From the NCBI GenBank assembly GCA_963802005.1, contig CAWDGX010000001.1, forward strand, positions 254,421 through 318,420: 64,000 nucleotides of DNA, written 5' to 3'. The position numbers and the translations under genes were made by a program. The stretch comes from an uncultured Ignavibacteriaceae bacterium (lineage in GTDB: Bacteria > Bacteroidota > Ignavibacteria > Ignavibacteriales > Ignavibacteriaceae). Shown piece by piece: positions 38,548 to 48,551 of the stretch. Position 1 is the stretch's first letter. Each line of letters begins with the position of its first letter. The notes beneath the pieces were generated by a model, which worked only from the letters and a program-made list of their open reading frames with translations, had not been told where the DNA came from and did no database searches.

Positions 38548-40681
38548 ATGGGTCAGCAATCATTTCATAGTATAGGTTCTTCTACAGACTGGATTGTAAT
38601 GGTAGTTTACTTTCTGGTGATCATGCTCTTCGGCAGTTACTTTGGTAAATACAACCGCAGTACAAAAGATTTTTTCTTCGGTGGTAGAAGATTTGCCTGG
38701 TGGCTAATTGCTTTTTCCATTGTTGCAACCGGTGTAGGGAGTCACAGCTTTGTTAAATATGCAGCCAAAGGTTTTGAGCATGGAATTTCCTCAACTATGA
38801 CTTACATAAATGATTGGTTTTTTATTCCTTTCTTTTTCTTTGGATGGTTGCCAATTATTGTCTATTCCAAAATAAGATCCATACCAGAATATTTTGAAAA
38901 ACGTTTTAGTCCATCAGCACGGTTTCTTGCAACTCTTTTACTTCTGTTTTATATGATCGGATACATTGGAATTGGATTTTTAACACTTGGTAAAGCTGCT
39001 TTACCTTTGCTTCCTGAAAGCTTTGAACTTTTTGGAATGCAATTTCAGAATACACTTATGGGAGTGATAATTGTAATTGCAATTATTACAGGAATCTACA
39101 TTACTTTTGGTGGGCAAACTGCTGTAATCTTCACTGATCTTATGCAAGGATTTATTCTTCTATTTGCAGGTTTACTTCTTTTCTTTCTCGGATTAAGTTA
39201 TGTCGGTGGATTCGACATTTTCTGGAATTTGTTACCCACAGCATGGAAATTACCCTTAGCTCAATTTAACGAACCATCGAGTTTTAACTTTGTTGGAATA
39301 TTCTGGCAGGATGGTGTTGCAGGTTCTATTGGATTCCTGTTTCTTAACATGGGATTAATAATGCGCTTCATGGCAACAAAAAGTGTTGATGAGGGAAGAA
39401 AGGCTGCAGCATTTAACGTTTTGTTCATGCTTCCTATTTCAGCAATTGTGGTTGGAAATGCTGGATGGATAGGCAAGGCGATTTCAATTATTCAACCGGA
39501 TGTAGTTCCACCTAATACCAATCCTGATCAGATTTTTGTTGTTGTTGCAAATATAGTCTCATTACCAGGTGTTTTCGGATTTATTATGGCGGCGCTCACT
39601 GCTGCATTAATGTCAACTGTAGATACATTAATTAATGCAACAGCTGCAATTTATATTAATGATGTTCACCGACCTATAAAAGTATGGCTTAAAAAATACG
39701 ATGAAGATGCACGTAGTGAGGACAGACATGAATTGGTTGCTGCAAGATTTTCTTCAGTTGCAATTACGATTCTAGGTGTTTTAGCAGTTCTGGTTTTCAG
39801 AGATTTTCCAACAGTGTATGAAGCACATGGATTCTTTCATTCAACACTCACACCTCCACTTGTTGTGGCCGTTTTCCTTGGAATTTTTTGGCGAAAATTT
39901 ACACCAGCAGCAGTCATCACTTCATTTCTGGGTGGAGTTATATTAATGATTCTGGGAGCCAACTATCCGGGGATTTTAATTGCTCCGTTTGATCATGGAA
40001 TTCAGATGGACCCAAATCATCCTTACTCTTATATAAGAGCCTTATATAATCTTGTTGTTTGTTCGGGTGTTGCAGTGATTGCTGTATTTACTACTGGATT
40101 ACAGAAAAAAATCGTAAGTACCATTAAAGCACAAGCGAATGCTAAGTTCATCATGTATTTTTTAATTTCACTTGCTGCTGTCATATTTGTAGGACTTGTT
40201 TTCAGTTCTTCTATTATTAACACTTCATTCAGAGTCTCTCCCCGAAATAGCATTGATGCTCTGCTTAGCAATGATTATGTCAGGTATAGTCGCCATTTCA
40301 ACCACTTACTATGGTAAATATGATGAGGCGACTCAAACTAATGGTTTAACAGCCTGGTCAATTGCACAAGCAAAAGAAATGTTCAAGGGCAAAAAAATAA
40401 ATGATGCTGAAGGAGATAAGGTAACAGTCAATTGGAAATTAAAAGAAGGTGATGAAGATACGGTTAACTTTTCTACGGCAGATATGGCAAAAATGAAAGC
40501 TAATATTGGCGACCTTGTTTACCTATGCGATAAGCGAAAGTGGCTTGGTGGTTTGAAATCAATTCATTCAGTCTTTGGTAATACTCATAATGAGGATGGC
40601 ATAGTATATGTGACCAAAGATCACATCGATCAAGGACAATTTGTTACTGGTAAATTACTTTTAGCCGAAAAAGAAATGTAG
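38548..40681 (+). CDS. sodium:solute symporter family transporter with soluble C-terminal extension, frame broken at ~40.2 kb
   Basis: ATG at 38548 (MGQQSFHSIGSSTDWIVMVVYF...); the track start at 38527 overlaps the upstream ORF. The polytopic SSF core occupies ORF 38527..40317. ORF 40196..40681 supplies a last TM helix and a ~120-aa soluble tail in frame +1. Confidence 0.75.
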
Positions 40682-41065
40682 TTTCTTATTTCTTACATAG
40701 CCCAACTATTTTCTACTACAAAGCAAACTAAAAAAAATCCTTTAACGATTGGCCATTAACAATTTTCCAATTATAGTTGGAAATTGTTGTTAAAAAACAA
40801 GCTAATTTGACATTACATTTTAATTTCTGCATATTACATTAAGAGTTATAGTAGTTTTTATAGAATTAACTTTTAATAAGAGCGATAAGATATTATTTAA
40901 TCTAGGATTGAAATGATTTTGGAGCGCCAAACAAAACTATTGGAGAAATTGCAATTTCAATAATTTTATACTGGTATATCGCAAACTAATCCCAGACATT
41001 TCGAAATTTCGATTAAAATGCCCTTTATACACATTATTCATTCACTAACTTTAAGGAGCTAACAT

Positions 41066-42961
41066 ATGAAACAAATCATACTCTCGTTTGTTTTCTTTTC
41101 ATTCTTTTTTTTCCTAATAGCACAGAGTGGCTTTGCTCAGGAAGAAACAGGCATTTTTAAAACAAATGTACAATACAAAGGTAACAACACACTCGATCCA
41201 GAAGATGTTTCAGGATTACCAGATAAAATGGAAATAACTGCCGAAGAAAAACAGTTAATTAATGAAATTCAGCAGCTTAGACAAGCAGATGACAGGAGCA
41301 AACTCAATCAAATTCTTCAACTAGAAGATCAACTAGAATCTTTAAATCCAAATTCAATTTCGAAACCAGCCGAGTATTATGGTGGTAGTGTTGCACCTGG
41401 TGGCAATGAAATACATACATTTATACCAGAAGCTATAGGCAATGTAGAAATCTTTAATTCTGGATCTTCATTTATATCATCAATGGCAACTGCAACAGAG
41501 CAGATCGGCGCAACAGCTGGAAGAATTTGGGTTGCATTTTCCATACAAAAATCTGGTGCGGCCGATTCATTGAGAGTATATTATTCTGATAATAATGGGC
41601 TTGACTGGGTTTGGTATGCTCAGGCAAAACTTGGAGGAACTGACCGGATTAACTGGGATGAAATGGACATGGAAATAATAGAAAACTCCTCTGGCGAAAA
41701 ATATATTTGGATTGTTTATGGATACAGAAATGATACTGGTACAGGCCAGTGGCGAACTGGTGGCTTAATTATGCAGAGCCCAACTTTTGGTGGCAATTTT
41801 TATGCACTTTCCTGGCCTGGAGATGATGCTACTAAAAGATATTATGGACTGAGAATTACTTCAGACAATGCAACTTATTCAAGTGCAGCATATGTTTATA
41901 TGGTTGCTTCATTTGACTCTCTTACTGGATCTGGGAATCATCTAAATACCCAAAAAACCTTAAGATGCACTAATCCTTATACTGTTACTCCTACGTTTTC
42001 ATATAAGGCAGATAAATTCTGGTGGTACTCATCTACTGATGGTAACCAGCGAGATTTACATTCTGATATTGCTTTTTTTGATAATGGTCCCGATTCTATA
42101 ATTGTGTCTTTTTCAAATGTCCCAGATTCAACAAAATTATGGTTTGCTAAAAGCAATGCATCAAACGGCCCAGGTACAGCTGATGGAGCAGGTGGTTCAA
42201 TTGGTGGAACTCAAAACACAGATCATAAACAATTTGCGAGACTTTCGTCTAATGGAAATGATAATGGAAGTGTTATCTGTGTCTTTAGACAAAATACCAA
42301 CTCAGTATGGCGTATTAAATATTTCCGAACAACAAACTTCGGAAATTTTAATGCTATGAATCAATCCACACTTCAGGGAAGTGTAACAAGTCATTCTTAC
42401 CAGCCTGAGATTGTTGGCGTGAGAAACCAAAATAAACATTATTTTGCATGGAGACTTGATGGCTCCACGGATTCTTTACGGTATATCGGTGTAACCAGAC
42501 AGGGTAGCTGGCCACAAAATGTTGGTATGATGAATGGTCAAAGTTCAATTTCAGGATTAGTTGGGGTTCAACCCGGATTCAGATACGCAAATAATGATAG
42601 CTGTTTTGTAATTTATACAGTTTTTGGTCCTTATGATGTTCTGGCAGCTTATGGTTGCGATGGGCCAGTTTCTGTTGATGAGGATGAAGTAGTTGCGGAA
42701 ATTTATACCTTGTCACAGAACTATCCCAATCCGTTTAATCCGTCGACAACGATTAAGTATTCTGTCCCACAATCATCTTTTGTTAAGATAAGAGTATTTA
42801 ACACTATAGGGCAGGAAATGGCTGTGCTTGTAAACCAAGAAATGCAAATAGGAAACTACGAAGTAACTTTTAACGCAATTAACCTTCCTTCAGGAATTTA
42901 TTTCTATCGTATTGAAGCCGGCAACTTTGTTGAAACTAAGAAAATGATTTTATTAAAATAA
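41066..42961 (+). CDS. secreted hypothetical protein with T9SS C-terminal sorting domain
   Basis: 631-aa ORF with AAGGAG upstream and a signal peptide. It has one Asp-box-like motif (YYSDNNGLDW) and the C-terminus ...SQNYPNPFNPSTTIKYSVPQSSFVKIRVFNTIGQEMAVLVN...TKKMILLK. Confidence 0.75.
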   Translation: MKQIILSFVFFSFFFFLIAQSGFAQEETGIFKTNVQYKGNNTLDPEDVSGLPDKMEITAEEKQLINEIQQLRQADDRSKLNQILQLEDQLESLNPNSISKPAEYYGGSVAPGGNEIHTFIPEAIGNVEIFNSGSSFISSMATATEQIGATAGRIWVAFSIQKSGAADSLRVYYSDNNGLDWVWYAQAKLGGTDRINWDEMDMEIIENSSGEKYIWIVYGYRNDTGTGQWRTGGLIMQSPTFGGNFYALSWPGDDATKRYYGLRITSDNATYSSAAYVYMVASFDSLTGSGNHLNTQKTLRCTNPYTVTPTFSYKADKFWWYSSTDGNQRDLHSDIAFFDNGPDSIIVSFSNVPDSTKLWFAKSNASNGPGTADGAGGSIGGTQNTDHKQFARLSSNGNDNGSVICVFRQNTNSVWRIKYFRTTNFGNFNAMNQSTLQGSVTSHSYQPEIVGVRNQNKHYFAWRLDGSTDSLRYIGVTRQGSWPQNVGMMNGQSSISGLVGVQPGFRYANNDSCFVIYTVFGPYDVLAAYGCDGPVSVDEDEVVAEIYTLSQNYPNPFNPSTTIKYSVPQSSFVKIRVFNTIGQEMAVLVNQEMQIGNYEVTFNAINLPSGIYFYRIEAGNFVETKKMILLK

Positions 42962-43044
42962 ATCAGGGTAACAAACCCTGAAATTGAATGTAGGGTATTT
43001 AAACCCGCATAAATTATTATATTTATTCATTTAAGGAGAACAAA

Positions 43045-43905
43045 ATGAAAACTCTATTCACATTTCTGATTTTAACTTTCTTTTTAACAACTGCTCAGGC
43101 GCAGGATATTGATGCAACCCTTGGGGGCAATACTACAACTGAAGGATTTTCTGTTAAGGATAATGGGGGCAATAATCTCTTTAGAGTTGGAGGAGATGGC
43201 TATGTTGGAGTAGGAACAACAAGCCCGGGAGCAGGCTTAGAGTTAAACTTCGCAGCAGGATATGGCTCCGCGCTTAGTCTTAACAACACAGGTGGCGGCA
43301 CTGAATGGCGTATTACATCCTGGACCGATGGAAACTTGAGATTCGTAAAAATTCCTGGTTCTACTTTTACCGCTATGCAGATTGAGCCAATGAATGGATG
43401 GGTTGGAATAGGTACAGCTCCCAGTATGAATTTGCATCTTTTACACGATCAGTTTACTGACGGCGGATTTCTATTGGAAAACACCTTCAATAATGCTGCA
43501 TGGCAATTATATACCTCACAATCTTCGAGTGATTTGCGCTTATTTTTTAACGGTGCTGCAAGAGGTGCCTTTGATGATGTTACTGGAAACTATACACCAG
43601 TATCCGATGAAAGACTAAAGAAAAACATTGAACCAGTTGAAAGTGTACTTGATAAAATAAACTCGCTTCAACCAAAAAAATATAATATGAAGGAGGAAGT
43701 GAACACAGCGGAAAAACACTATGGTTTTATTGCTCAAGATTTAGAAAATATTTTTCCAGAACTTGTATCTGTTACACCAAATGATGGAGATGGTATTGAA
43801 GATTTGCGCATGATATCTTATACCGAACTAATTCCTATTTTAGTAAAAGCAATACAAGAACAACAAAAACAGATAGAAGAACTTCAGAGAGCAGTAAATA
43901 AATAG
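43045..43905 (+). CDS. tail-fiber-domain protein with C-terminal peptidase S74 (intramolecular chaperone) domain
   Basis: 286-aa ORF with a signal peptide and motifs GGDGYVGVGTTSPGAGLEL and NGWVGIGTAPSMNLHL. The C-terminus SDERLKKNIEPVESVLDKINSLQPKKYNMK...HYGFIAQDLENIFPELV...ISYTELIPILVKAIQEQQKQIEEL is the endosialidase-chaperone signature. Confidence 0.75.
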   Translation: MKTLFTFLILTFFLTTAQAQDIDATLGGNTTTEGFSVKDNGGNNLFRVGGDGYVGVGTTSPGAGLELNFAAGYGSALSLNNTGGGTEWRITSWTDGNLRFVKIPGSTFTAMQIEPMNGWVGIGTAPSMNLHLLHDQFTDGGFLLENTFNNAAWQLYTSQSSSDLRLFFNGAARGAFDDVTGNYTPVSDERLKKNIEPVESVLDKINSLQPKKYNMKEEVNTAEKHYGFIAQDLENIFPELVSVTPNDGDGIEDLRMISYTELIPILVKAIQEQQKQIEELQRAVNK

Positions 43906-43914
43906 AAGGAGGTA

Positions 43915-44424
43915 ATGAAAATGAAAAAAATATATTTTATAATAATAGCAACTATAGTCATTGTGCCATTAACTTCTTCATTGGCACAAACATCAACCTT
44001 ATTAATTACCAATGGGACTTCAGTATTTGTCCCAAATGGAGCAGAAATTTGTGCAAATTTCATTACTGTTGAATTTGGTGGGAGTCTTGTAGCGGATCCA
44101 AGCGGAATTTGTGCAGGTGGTACTGTAACTGGAGATATTGAAGAAGAAGAAACAATCCCTACTGAATTTGCTCTATATCAGAACTATCCAAATCCATTTA
44201 ATCCGAGCACTTTAATAAAATACCAGGTACCCGAAAAATCATTTGTGTTAATAAGAGTATATGATTTGCTTGGAAAGGAATTAGCTACTTTAGTTAATGA
44301 GGAAAAATCTGCAGGTAGTTATGATGTGAATTTTGATGCGGGTCAACTCTCCAGCGGATTTTACATCTATACAATTAAGGCAGGTGACTTTACCTCTACA
44401 AAGAAGATGATATTAATGAAATAG
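43915..44424 (+). CDS. small secreted protein with T9SS C-terminal sorting domain
   Basis: 169-aa ORF with a signal peptide, a ~70-aa N-domain and the CTD ...YQNYPNPFNPSTLIKYQVPEKSFVLIRVYDLLGKELATLVN...TKKMILMK. Confidence 0.75.
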   Translation: MKMKKIYFIIIATIVIVPLTSSLAQTSTLLITNGTSVFVPNGAEICANFITVEFGGSLVADPSGICAGGTVTGDIEEEETIPTEFALYQNYPNPFNPSTLIKYQVPEKSFVLIRVYDLLGKELATLVNEEKSAGSYDVNFDAGQLSSGFYIYTIKAGDFTSTKKMILMK

Positions 44425-44448
44425 TTATTAGTTATTATTGATTTCTCT

Positions 44449-44476
44449 AAAGACCACCCTCGAGGTGGTCTTTTTA
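44449..44476 (+). terminator. rho-independent terminator closing the 41066-44424 gene set
   Basis: AAAGACCACC-ctcga-GGTGGTCTTT followed by a T-run. Confidence 0.75.
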
Positions 44477-44526
44477 TTTATACTTGTTACAGAAGTATAA
44501 TAATCCTTATTTTATATATTAATAAT

Positions 44527-45021
44527 ATGAAAAAACACTTTCGCAAAGGCGCCATCGGTACATTAATGGATGAGTATGAACGTGCGTCACTTGATTTGAA
44601 AAATCTCATCGGACAGATTCCTGAAACTGATTTTGTTAAAATCGTTGATTCTGATACTAAAGATGAAGACTGCCGTTCTGTTCAAACTATCATTTCGCAC
44701 GTAACCAATTCAGGTTATGGATATGCAAATTATATTAGGGATTGGTATTCAGTTCCAAAAAGTTCACCTGAACGAAGATTAATTTTTCAAAATGATTTTT
44801 TTATCGAGTTCGATAAAATGCTTGCTTATACGTCAGAAACTCTTGAAGGCAAGTGGGAATATTCTGATGAAGAAATTATGAAAGTAAAAATGATAGTTCG
44901 TTGGGGTCCTCAATACGATCTTGAACAATTACTTGAACATGCAGTAGTACATATTTTACGACACAGAAGACAAATCGAAAAGTTTGCGTCCAACGGGAAG
45001 ATTTTATTACTTAGTAATTAA
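44527..45021 (+). CDS. DinB-superfamily protein
   Basis: 164-aa ORF. The four-helix DinB-like layout has conserved histidines (..IISHV.. and ..LLEHAVVHILRHRRQI). This is an assignment by eye. Confidence 0.5.
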   Translation: MKKHFRKGAIGTLMDEYERASLDLKNLIGQIPETDFVKIVDSDTKDEDCRSVQTIISHVTNSGYGYANYIRDWYSVPKSSPERRLIFQNDFFIEFDKMLAYTSETLEGKWEYSDEEIMKVKMIVRWGPQYDLEQLLEHAVVHILRHRRQIEKFASNGKILLLSN

Positions 45022-45033
45022 AGGATTATTTTA

Positions 45034-45702
45034 ATGCTAATGTTAAAAGAAAAAAACATTCTACTGGTTGGAATATTTGCAATCGCAATGGCATACCTCG
45101 AATCTGCTGTAGTAGTTTATTTGCGAGTTATGTACGGAATCGAAGATCTGCTTAGAGATATTAATCTCACTCCAGATGTTTATACTTATATTGAGATAGG
45201 ACGAGAAGCTGCCACAATTGTAATGCTGGTATTTGTTGCTTTGTTAGCCGGAAGCAACTGGCAAAAAAAGATTGGATACTTTTTTATCTCATTCGGTTTA
45301 TGGGATATTTTCTATTACATCTGGCTTTATATATTTATTCAATGGCCAACATCACTTTTAGAATGGGATATACTATTTTTGATTCCATTACCTTGGTGGG
45401 GACCCGTGATTGCACCTGTTCTGATTTCAGTCTTACTAATTTCAATTGGAGTTCTACTTATAAGTGATTTTAAGTTTAAAGTTAAAATGATGGATTGGAT
45501 GTTATTTGCTATTTCAATAATTATGATTTTATACTCATTCGTGGAAGATAGTATCCGGATTATATTCAGCGGAGAAGGAAACTTTTATGAATTCAGACCT
45601 ACTTCTTATAGCTGGATATTATTCATAATTCCTTTCCTGCTTTGGGTGATAATCTCAATTAAAGTCTTCTTTCCACTCCGGAAAAATAATAATGAAAGCT
45701 AA
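45034..45702 (+). CDS. hypothetical polytopic membrane protein
   Basis: 222-aa ORF with about 6 predicted TM helices. No family recognised. Confidence 0.55.
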   Translation: MLMLKEKNILLVGIFAIAMAYLESAVVVYLRVMYGIEDLLRDINLTPDVYTYIEIGREAATIVMLVFVALLAGSNWQKKIGYFFISFGLWDIFYYIWLYIFIQWPTSLLEWDILFLIPLPWWGPVIAPVLISVLLISIGVLLISDFKFKVKMMDWMLFAISIIMILYSFVEDSIRIIFSGEGNFYEFRPTSYSWILFIIPFLLWVIISIKVFFPLRKNNNES

Positions 45703-45852
45703 TTATCAACCAATTAACCTGAATTTCACTGGATAATCCATTCTATCAACAGAAAAAGTAGATTTCTTCCAAGTTAAGATTGAATGTTAGCCCTTTGAAA
45801 AGTATTATTGTACAGTAATTATTTTAAATACTAAAACTCTGGAGAGAATTTA

Positions 45853-46578
45853 ATGGGAAGAGGCGATAAAAAATCACAAAAAGGAAAAAGATTTCAACAT
45901 TCATTTGGTAAAACCAGATTACGAAAAAAGGGTCTGACAATAAGTTCACGCAAGAAAGTCGAGGAGAAATCAAAACCGGTAGAACAAAAAAAGCAAGTCA
46001 AAGCAGAACCGCAAATTGTAAAGCCAGCAGCAGTTTTTGAACCAAAAGTAGAAGAAGTTAAAATAAAAGAGCCCGAAGTAACTGAGATAAAAGAAGAAGT
46101 AAAACTTCCGGAAGTAAAAGAAGAAGCAGTTTCTGAAATTCCGGAAATTGCAAAAGAAGTGATTAAAGAAGAACCAAAAATTAAAGAGCCTGTAGTAACT
46201 GAAATTAAAGAAGAAGCAAAACTTCCGGAAGTGAAAGAAGAAACAGTTTCTGAAGTTCCGGAAATTGCAAAAGAGCAGGTTAAAGAAGAACCAGTATCTG
46301 AGATTCCAGAAATTGCTAAAGAACCCATAAAAGAGGAACCTAAACCAGAAAAAGTGGAAGAGAAAGTTGCTGAAAAGGAATTAAAGCCTCAAGTAGAAAA
46401 AGAAGTTGCCGAAAAGAAATCAGAGCCTAAAGAAAAGAAGGACGAAACTAAAAAAGAATCAAAATCTAAAACAGTAAAAGCTGAGAAAAAAGCTCCGAAG
46501 AAAAAATCGACAAAAGAGGAGCCGGAAAAGAAAACTCCAAAAAAACGTGGAAGACCAAGAAAGAAAAAGGAAGAATAA
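45853..46578 (+). CDS. 30S ribosomal protein bTHX fused to a repetitive Glu/Lys/Pro/Val-rich tail with a C-terminal AT-hook
   Basis: 241-aa ORF with GGAGAG upstream. The N-terminus MGRGDKKSQKGKRFQHSFGKTRLRKKG parallels Thermus Thx ([26 protein letters not shown], recalled from memory). The rest is low-complexity with 39-aa tandem units and ends ...KKTPKKRGRPRKKKEE. Confidence 0.7.
   Translation: MGRGDKKSQKGKRFQHSFGKTRLRKKGLTISSRKKVEEKSKPVEQKKQVKAEPQIVKPAAVFEPKVEEVKIKEPEVTEIKEEVKLPEVKEEAVSEIPEIAKEVIKEEPKIKEPVVTEIKEEAKLPEVKEETVSEVPEIAKEQVKEEPVSEIPEIAKEPIKEEPKPEKVEEKVAEKELKPQVEKEVAEKKSEPKEKKDETKKESKSKTVKAEKKAPKKKSTKEEPEKKTPKKRGRPRKKKEE
46066..46344 (+). repeat. 117-bp (39-aa) tandem coding repeat, about 2.4 copies
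   Basis: Unit 1 (46066-46182) is KEPEVTEIKEEVKLPEVKEEAVSEIPEIAKEVIKEEPKI. Unit 2 (46183-46299) is KEPVVTEIKEEAKLPEVKEETVSEVPEIAKEQVKEEP.., followed by a partial third copy VSEIPEIAKEPIKEEPK. Confidence 0.85.
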
Positions 46579-46595
46579 TTTAACCTAAAAAGTAA

Positions 46596-48551
46596 TTAGT
46601 GTACTAAATAATAGTTATTCTCACGATTTGAATCCGGTATTGTTAAATCACCAAGCCGGATTTCATTTAAAATGTCTGATAGTTCGATTTCAATTACAAA
46701 AAATTCATCCCCTTCCTTCCAGACATCTGCAGAATAATAAATTTCTTCATCCGTTTCATTTTCATAATAAATAGTAAGCTTAACAGGAGTGGGAACATTT
46801 CCTACTTTCCTGATGGAAATATTTGCTTTATTGTTTTCCACTTCAACATTTTCTATTGCCAGATCGGGGTAACCGAATTCAAAAAACCACGGTTTCCAAT
46901 ACCAGGTTAAATCTTGCCCGGTAACATCATTAAAAGTAAAGAAGAAATCGTATGGTGTTGGATGTTTGCCATTCCATCTATAGATATATTCCTGCAAAGT
47001 TTCAAGAAAAAGTTCATCTCCAAGCATATCACGTAATATCTCATATGCAATTGAAGGACGATTGTAAGCCGAATTCCTGTATGAAATATAACTTTGTGAA
47101 AATGCTGTAATCATCGGAGGAATATCATCTTCAGTTCCGGCAAGGTATTCATAATTGCTGACAGTACTTATCAGCCTAGTATTTATACCGGCAAATTCTT
47201 CCATATATTTGAATGGCAATAGAACTGCCCAAGCTTCATCCATGAAAGCATATTTTTTTTCATTCGTACCAACAAAAAAAGGGAAATATTGGTGAGCCAT
47301 TTCATGGGCTGTTAAACCAACTGTGCTCTCCAGAGCATTTGGTGAACCATCATTAATCATCATCGGGAATTCCATTCCACCTCCGCTTCTACCATTATTA
47401 AAAGCAACGAGTGAAGGAACGGGAAATTTTATTCCGGGCATCTCCAAAGAAAAATAATTTACGAGCTCCCCACAAATTTCTGCAACTTCTTTAAAATCAG
47501 GTGATTCAGCAGGATAAATTGATTGGATGAAAATCTTTTTATTATTTACACTGTCAACCACGATTCCCAATCCATCCCATAAATAATGGTCGCTTAACGC
47601 AAATGCAAAATCAGTGACGTTACTTGCTTTATATACCCAGGTATTTAGTTTTTGATCATTTTTATAAATATCAGAAGAATTCAAATCTTCCAAAGTTAAT
47701 ATTCTTACAACCTCAGCTGATTCCTTTGCGGCAGTGTATTTTTCCAGAATTCTTTGATCAAATACTTCCGCAGGGTTTTGAAGTTCACCTGTTGCCCAGA
47801 CACCAAAGTTGTTGGGAATAGTTATACTAATTTCGAAATTAGAAAAATCATTATAAAACTCCACCTGACCACCGTAATTATTATAGTCCCAACCATCTAT
47901 ATCATCATAAACCGAAATTTGCGGATACCAGTATCCGACAAAAATCGAACTAGAATCATAAACACCCATTCTCAATGTAACTTTATCTGATATTTTAAAG
48001 TTCCAATCAATCGATAGTTTTGATTCAGAATCAGGCGGAATAGGTTTTTTCAAATATATAATAGCTAACGTATTTCTCACTGAAAAAATGCTATGGTTTT
48101 CTATATCAATTGAATCACCATTAATAATTAAATTCTTAATAATTACTCCGTCATTCACAGCCTCAGGAATAAATGAATAATCTCTGGCACTTCCCCCCTT
48201 GAAAATGTTAGGATATAATCTCAGGACAATTCTTTTTAATGTGTCAGGACTATTATTGTAATAAATAATTTCTTCACTTCCATCAATTTGATAAGTGGTT
48301 GGATCAACTTCGACTTCAATTTTATAATCAGCGGAGTTCTGCCAGTACTCTGCGCCTGGTCTTCCATCAAGAGAACGTGTCCCCTTTTCATATGCGGCTT
48401 TAATATTTCTTGGGATGAATAGTTCTTGCTGACTGAATAGGTTTGGAACTAATAAAATCACGAGCAATGTAATTGCGACAATATTGATTTTCTTTTGCAA
48501 GATCACCTCGAAATATTTATTAACAGGTAGGTAATTAAAATTACAAATCAT
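46596..48551 (-). CDS. M1-family (aminopeptidase N-like) zinc metallopeptidase
   Basis: 651-aa ORF containing the gluzincin motif HEMAHQYF with a downstream glutamate in ..FMDEAWAV... A signal-anchor lies near the N-terminus. The start overlaps the ruvB stop by 4 bp, and the true start may be slightly downstream. Confidence 0.8.
   Translation of the reverse strand: MICNFNYLPVNKYFEVILQKKINIVAITLLVILLVPNLFSQQELFIPRNIKAAYEKGTRSLDGRPGAEYWQNSADYKIEVEVDPTTYQIDGSEEIIYYNNSPDTLKRIVLRLYPNIFKGGSARDYSFIPEAVNDGVIIKNLIINGDSIDIENHSIFSVRNTLAIIYLKKPIPPDSESKLSIDWNFKISDKVTLRMGVYDSSSIFVGYWYPQISVYDDIDGWDYNNYGGQVEFYNDFSNFEISITIPNNFGVWATGELQNPAEVFDQRILEKYTAAKESAEVVRILTLEDLNSSDIYKNDQKLNTWVYKASNVTDFAFALSDHYLWDGLGIVVDSVNNKKIFIQSIYPAESPDFKEVAEICGELVNYFSLEMPGIKFPVPSLVAFNNGRSGGGMEFPMMINDGSPNALESTVGLTAHEMAHQYFPFFVGTNEKKYAFMDEAWAVLLPFKYMEEFAGINTRLISTVSNYEYLAGTEDDIPPMITAFSQSYISYRNSAYNRPSIAYEILRDMLGDELFLETLQEYIYRWNGKHPTPYDFFFTFNDVTGQDLTWYWKPWFFEFGYPDLAIENVEVENNKANISIRKVGNVPTPVKLTIYYENETDEEIYYSADVWKEGDEFFVIEIELSDILNEIRLGDLTIPDSNRENNYYLVH

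Noticed and set aside
40758-40788. Hairpin AACAATTTTCCAA-ttatag-TTGGAAATTGTT after the second symporter, as a possible terminator
   Set aside because: The stem has a bulge, is AT-rich and is followed by an A-run rather than a T-run on the coding strand. Support is too weak to call.
40807-40835. TTGACA-N17-CATATT promoter-like match about 230 bp upstream of the 631-aa T9SS gene
   Set aside because: This is a pattern match only, in very AT-rich DNA where such matches are expected by chance. FCB-group promoters often use a different consensus (TAnnTTTG).
43045-43905. Prophage, suggested by the tail-fibre/S74 domain
   Set aside because: No terminase, capsid, portal, baseplate, integrase or att-like repeats occur anywhere in the window. 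The flanking genes are T9SS cargo and housekeeping genes.
45894-46328. 144-aa ORF antisense to the bTHX-fusion gene
   Set aside because: It is an artefact of the low-complexity GAA/AAA-rich repeat, whose complement is TTC/TTT-rich and stop-free. The sense ORF has an RBS and a recognisable N-terminal domain.
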